DNA of 64,000 nucleotides, taken from IMG/VR virus record IMGVR_UViG_3300043449_001175, positions 1 to 64,000 of that record. One strand, given 5' to 3'. The notes beneath the pieces were generated by a model. It saw nothing but the letters and a program-made list of their open reading frames with translations, searched no databases and was not told where the DNA came from. This document shows positions 61,701 through 64,000 of this stretch, piece after piece. Source of the stretch: a virus. Position 1 is the stretch's first letter. Each line of letters begins with the position of its first letter. A program made the translations under genes and the position numbers.

Positions 61701-63597
61701 CGCAGCTGGAAAACCAAACACAGGACAAAAACCAGGTCAAACTAATACTGTTGTAAATCAACAACCGCAAAAAGATTTATATAAAGGTGCGTCTAAAAAA
61801 CTATTAAGATACTTGTTAAATGAGTGTGATTATTTTGAAGTTTTAAAAGCTGAAAATCCATTTATTTATGACTCAATTAAAGAAAAAATAAAATATTTCC
61901 AACCAGCATTTCACTCAACAACACCTGAAGGATTAAACTCACGTTTAACTTTCTTACAACAATGTATGAGACCTGGTGAAACGATTCCAACTATAGGAAC
62001 CAATGGTGAAAAACTTTATAATGATGCTTTAAACACATCATTTGGTGCACCACCAATTATGGTTTTACGTATTGGTGATTTTTACAATACTAAAGTTGTT
62101 CCAACATCTTTAAGTTTTTCATATGACAAAACTTTTGATATGAATCCTGAAGGTATTGGATTCCAACCAATGATTGTTGATGTTAACTTATCTTTTAACT
62201 TTGTTGGTGGTTCAGGATTAGCAACACCGATTGACACATTACAAAACGCATTGTCATTTAATTACTATGCTAATACAGAAATGTATGATGAAAGAGCTGA
62301 AGCTACGGAGGATACATCTAAGTTAGATAAAGAAATTGTTCAAGCATTAATAAATAATCCACCTGTTGTTGGTGTTGCAAATGTTCAAAATGATAAAACA
62401 AATGATGGTGGAAACACAATAGGTGTTTCATCAATTACAGGATTAACCGACAGTGGACAAACAGGAACAATTGAATACGCAACATTTACTAATAGATTTG
62501 TAGACAAAACTAAAGCATATTACAATGGTGTTATGAACACAATGGATAATATGTTGTTAAATTACAATTATGGTGTTCTTTCAATTTTGAATTATGGTGG
62601 TGATAATCAAGGTTATAATACGGGTTCTTTTAATTCTTCCGTATCAACCACAACATTAATTTATGGTAAGCCAGTTAACACTCAGAAATATGTTGACCAA
62701 TCTTTTAAAGAATTGTTAAAGGACATTGATGATGATAGATTACCAATATTTACATCTGGTGATTTTACAAAATCTATTATTACATCAGCACAAAAAAGAT
62801 TATTCAAGAAAAACTACTCAAACTATGTTAAAACATATAGTAGTAGTTTTTTAAATACGGTAACTTTTGATGTAAATACGTTAACCCAATTACAACAAGA
62901 TTATGTTTACAATGTTGATAGAATGAATTTTGTCGCCAGTGGAACTACTATTGGTCATGATGGTAAGTTAAATGAAAAAGGTATTGCGATTATTTATACT
63001 ACTACAGGTCAAACAGAAACCGTTAATGGTAGTCCTATAGACACTTTAACATCTCTTAGAAATGATTATACTTCTATAGCAACCAATAATAATCAGTTCT
63101 TGACCGACTTAACCGCGGCACAACTTTATGTGACTAATTCATACAAACCTGAAACACCCGGTGTCTTTACTCCACCAACAGGGTATGATTTCTTATCAAC
63201 ACCTGAAAAAACAAGAGAATATCTATTGATGTCAAGAGCGTTAACAATTGAATCGTTGAGAGATACTTTCTTAAATGCTTTACAAGAAGGTTTAGATGTT
63301 TACACTAAACAAGCAGTTGAATCATATTACCGTACAAGTGCAAATTCTTTACTTATTGAGTGGGGTAAGTTAAATAAATTAGGACTTGATTTAATGGTAA
63401 CATTTAAAAGTAGTGCTACGGGTAAAAACTATGTTGATTATACACCCGCATTTGGTACAACACAAAAAAGAATTGTTGATTTTAGTGAAGACCCAACAGC
63501 TTCAAATGACCTTAAAAAACAATTACAAGATATTTACGCAAATAAGAACAATAGTTCAAATATAAACCCATATAATTTTAAGAGAAAATTTAAATAA
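58738..63597 (+). CDS. large baseplate/tube-initiator protein with internal OmpA-like domain
   Basis: FPPYDLSF...GRPEPIYTY.NT.RSG and PP..VLRIGDFY segments; YFDND...ASAS...YN.KLA.RR.ESV. Confidence 0.65.
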   Translation: MPSRLSFSATKLKRDELLLRNLKPYNKPGVYTPVGSPGVNEYIRSDYSVIDSPDALIDADPYADTLYTNNVFGPLGGYNKDISGLINTQQTLSNQGPYTQTPPYTEALQLYSVSFQKRQYIKNVYSPGNQYTYYDMGDVIKVQKNATYWDPPSFRPSSYSPFSVLLQADPVGDNGLASDDSELARLGVKGAKQSFQYRVDQNVRTQTLGRANILNGVKDPVNLSLILAGKQPLIYRDWKITSGGGNIISQGQDIVQRIAGFTLPFSPIPGSYYEQRDINSTQSAIRAAGNGKRGGLFGLFGSRPTSPSQVFLDYTGSGQRAQLTQNLDMNRFRPQYNTGGTGILSALGNAITGAVANNASQGTYYVGSPEREPGYLTSPPGEVPIDPFGAQVLAPVYGPDVLGKEYEGVDKDFKFGLAGKPFVDDGSIVGGFSWVSQKWAPNAGRYQKPGGDYGEQDPAYPSISNQFTETQSIKYEYKPGSILDDTQRLIDSQPNSGARFGHVGNAIDQTSKVFFDGYKEITKGSQIIKYSDGQANVGIEYCRVFTKDTPYYTFNNLQKRDGNIRKFSYSVMDSTFNINIAPEKGGDSIVNGKVKKYMFSIENLAWRTGYRAGYRVDDLPACEKGPNGGRVMWFPPYDLSFTEDTRPSFNETTFLGRPEPIYTYKNTSRSGTLKWKMIVDHPSILNLIVNKVLANEGDRQKVDSIVDSFFAGCKKYDLYELAKIYNTVPLTDLQAWQEIITNPNATNENIVAASKATNTSATNSLQDGGTTDDATGNPTLNEYNGFGFYFDNDIPSPTAVAYQTTYSNYTSTSNKQLYKNNSGDAQVTTQFFDGVIEDNYSQIKEMAQKMYNILSQKQASSIVVTLEASASPSAPKEYNEKLAARRGESVIEFFKTYSFGANNNSLGQFIGSTLSFNTIARGEATSVTPRGRQSYSTYNCLDDALNDEKYTTRAMACRTVLLKNVEVKPIEKNSEPTSTATENSAANNAAGKPNTGQKPGQTNTVVNQQPQKDLYKGASKKLLRYLLNECDYFEVLKAENPFIYDSIKEKIKYFQPAFHSTTPEGLNSRLTFLQQCMRPGETIPTIGTNGEKLYNDALNTSFGAPPIMVLRIGDFYNTKVVPTSLSFSYDKTFDMNPEGIGFQPMIVDVNLSFNFVGGSGLATPIDTLQNALSFNYYANTEMYDERAEATEDTSKLDKEIVQALINNPPVVGVANVQNDKTNDGGNTIGVSSITGLTDSGQTGTIEYATFTNRFVDKTKAYYNGVMNTMDNMLLNYNYGVLSILNYGGDNQGYNTGSFNSSVSTTTLIYGKPVNTQKYVDQSFKELLKDIDDDRLPIFTSGDFTKSIITSAQKRLFKKNYSNYVKTYSSSFLNTVTFDVNTLTQLQQDYVYNVDRMNFVASGTTIGHDGKLNEKGIAIIYTTTGQTETVNGSPIDTLTSLRNDYTSIATNNNQFLTDLTAAQLYVTNSYKPETPGVFTPPTGYDFLSTPEKTREYLLMSRALTIESLRDTFLNALQEGLDVYTKQAVESYYRTSANSLLIEWGKLNKLGLDLMVTFKSSATGKNYVDYTPAFGTTQKRIVDFSEDPTASNDLKKQLQDIYANKNNSSNINPYNFKRKFK

Positions 63598-63917
63598 TGG
63601 ATGCTTACTATAACCGATATCAACAATTTTTGATAAATGGTGAACAAACTGTAGTTCCGTTTATACCCCTACAGTCAAAATCATCAGACCAAAGATATAT
63701 CTACAGAACTGGATTTAGTAGGTTAGATAAAGTGTCTCAACAATATTATGGAACACCGTTTTTTGGTTGGTTAATATTACAAGGTAATCCTGAATATGGT
63801 GGGTTAGAGTGGAATATACCAAACAATGCAATATTGACAATTCCTTATCCACTTATATCTTCATTACAAGACTATAAAAATGGTTTAGATAACTATTTCT
63901 TCTATTATGGCAGATAA
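63597..63917 (+). CDS. LysM-like baseplate wedge protein (gp53-like)
   Basis: RLDKVSQQYYG.P..GWLIL..NP...L.IP. Confidence 0.75.
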   Translation: MDAYYNRYQQFLINGEQTVVPFIPLQSKSSDQRYIYRTGFSRLDKVSQQYYGTPFFGWLILQGNPEYGGLEWNIPNNAILTIPYPLISSLQDYKNGLDNYFFYYGR

Positions 63918-64000
63918 TTTTGGAACTACGGACAATATCTATATTGACTCCGATTATGATAATATCTTTTTAATTGACCCAAATAAGGTTGAAAACGACC
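63907..64000 (+). CDS. start of next baseplate-region gene (3'-truncated)
   Basis: ATG at 63907 open to window end (MADNFGTTDNIYIDSDYDNIFLIDPNKVEND). Confidence 0.65.
   Translation, partial: MADNFGTTDNIYIDSDYDNIFLIDPNKVEND

Noticed and set aside
1-64000. Stop-codon reassignment (code 15 or 4) as in some large phages
   Set aside because: Core genes are full length under code 11; TGA ends several genes and TAG ends 20192..20893 at a normal operon junction
1-64000. tRNA genes, DGR, integrase or transposase
   Set aside because: Intergenic gaps are short and AT-rich; no reverse transcriptase, recombinase or TR/VR pair recognised

Overview
A 64-kb, AT-rich (roughly 30% GC by eye), gene-dense segment of a large T4-like myophage (jumbo-phage style), read with the standard genetic code. 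It contains a head module (prohead protease, acidic scaffold, gp23-like major capsid protein, Thr/Pro mucin-like proteins) and a gp55-like sigma factor. A ~16-kb minus-strand glycan synthesis/modification region is interleaved with PhoH, dUTPase, a nucleotidase and an exonuclease, and a second glycosyltransferase cluster encodes GT60-like, GT25-like and two HtrL-like proteins. Further on are a family B DNA polymerase, an SOD fused to a nuclease-like domain, an SNF2-type helicase, and neck/tail/baseplate genes. Lack of Shine-Dalgarno sequences, TTG-N19/20-TAnnTTT promoters and a DUF4494-like gene point to a Bacteroidota host (inference). The leading hypothesis is a phage-encoded virion O-glycosylation ('glycocalyx') system: about a dozen glycosyltransferases plus mucin-like TP repeats and a strongly enriched [ST]-G-x-[ST] motif in virion proteins. 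Other observations are a TATTTAT late promoter that often gives leaderless mRNAs, a candidate +1 frameshift at gp26/gp51, putative capsid-packaged enzymes, RNA hairpin switches and apparent GATC avoidance. All calls come from motif recognition by eye; no searches were run.
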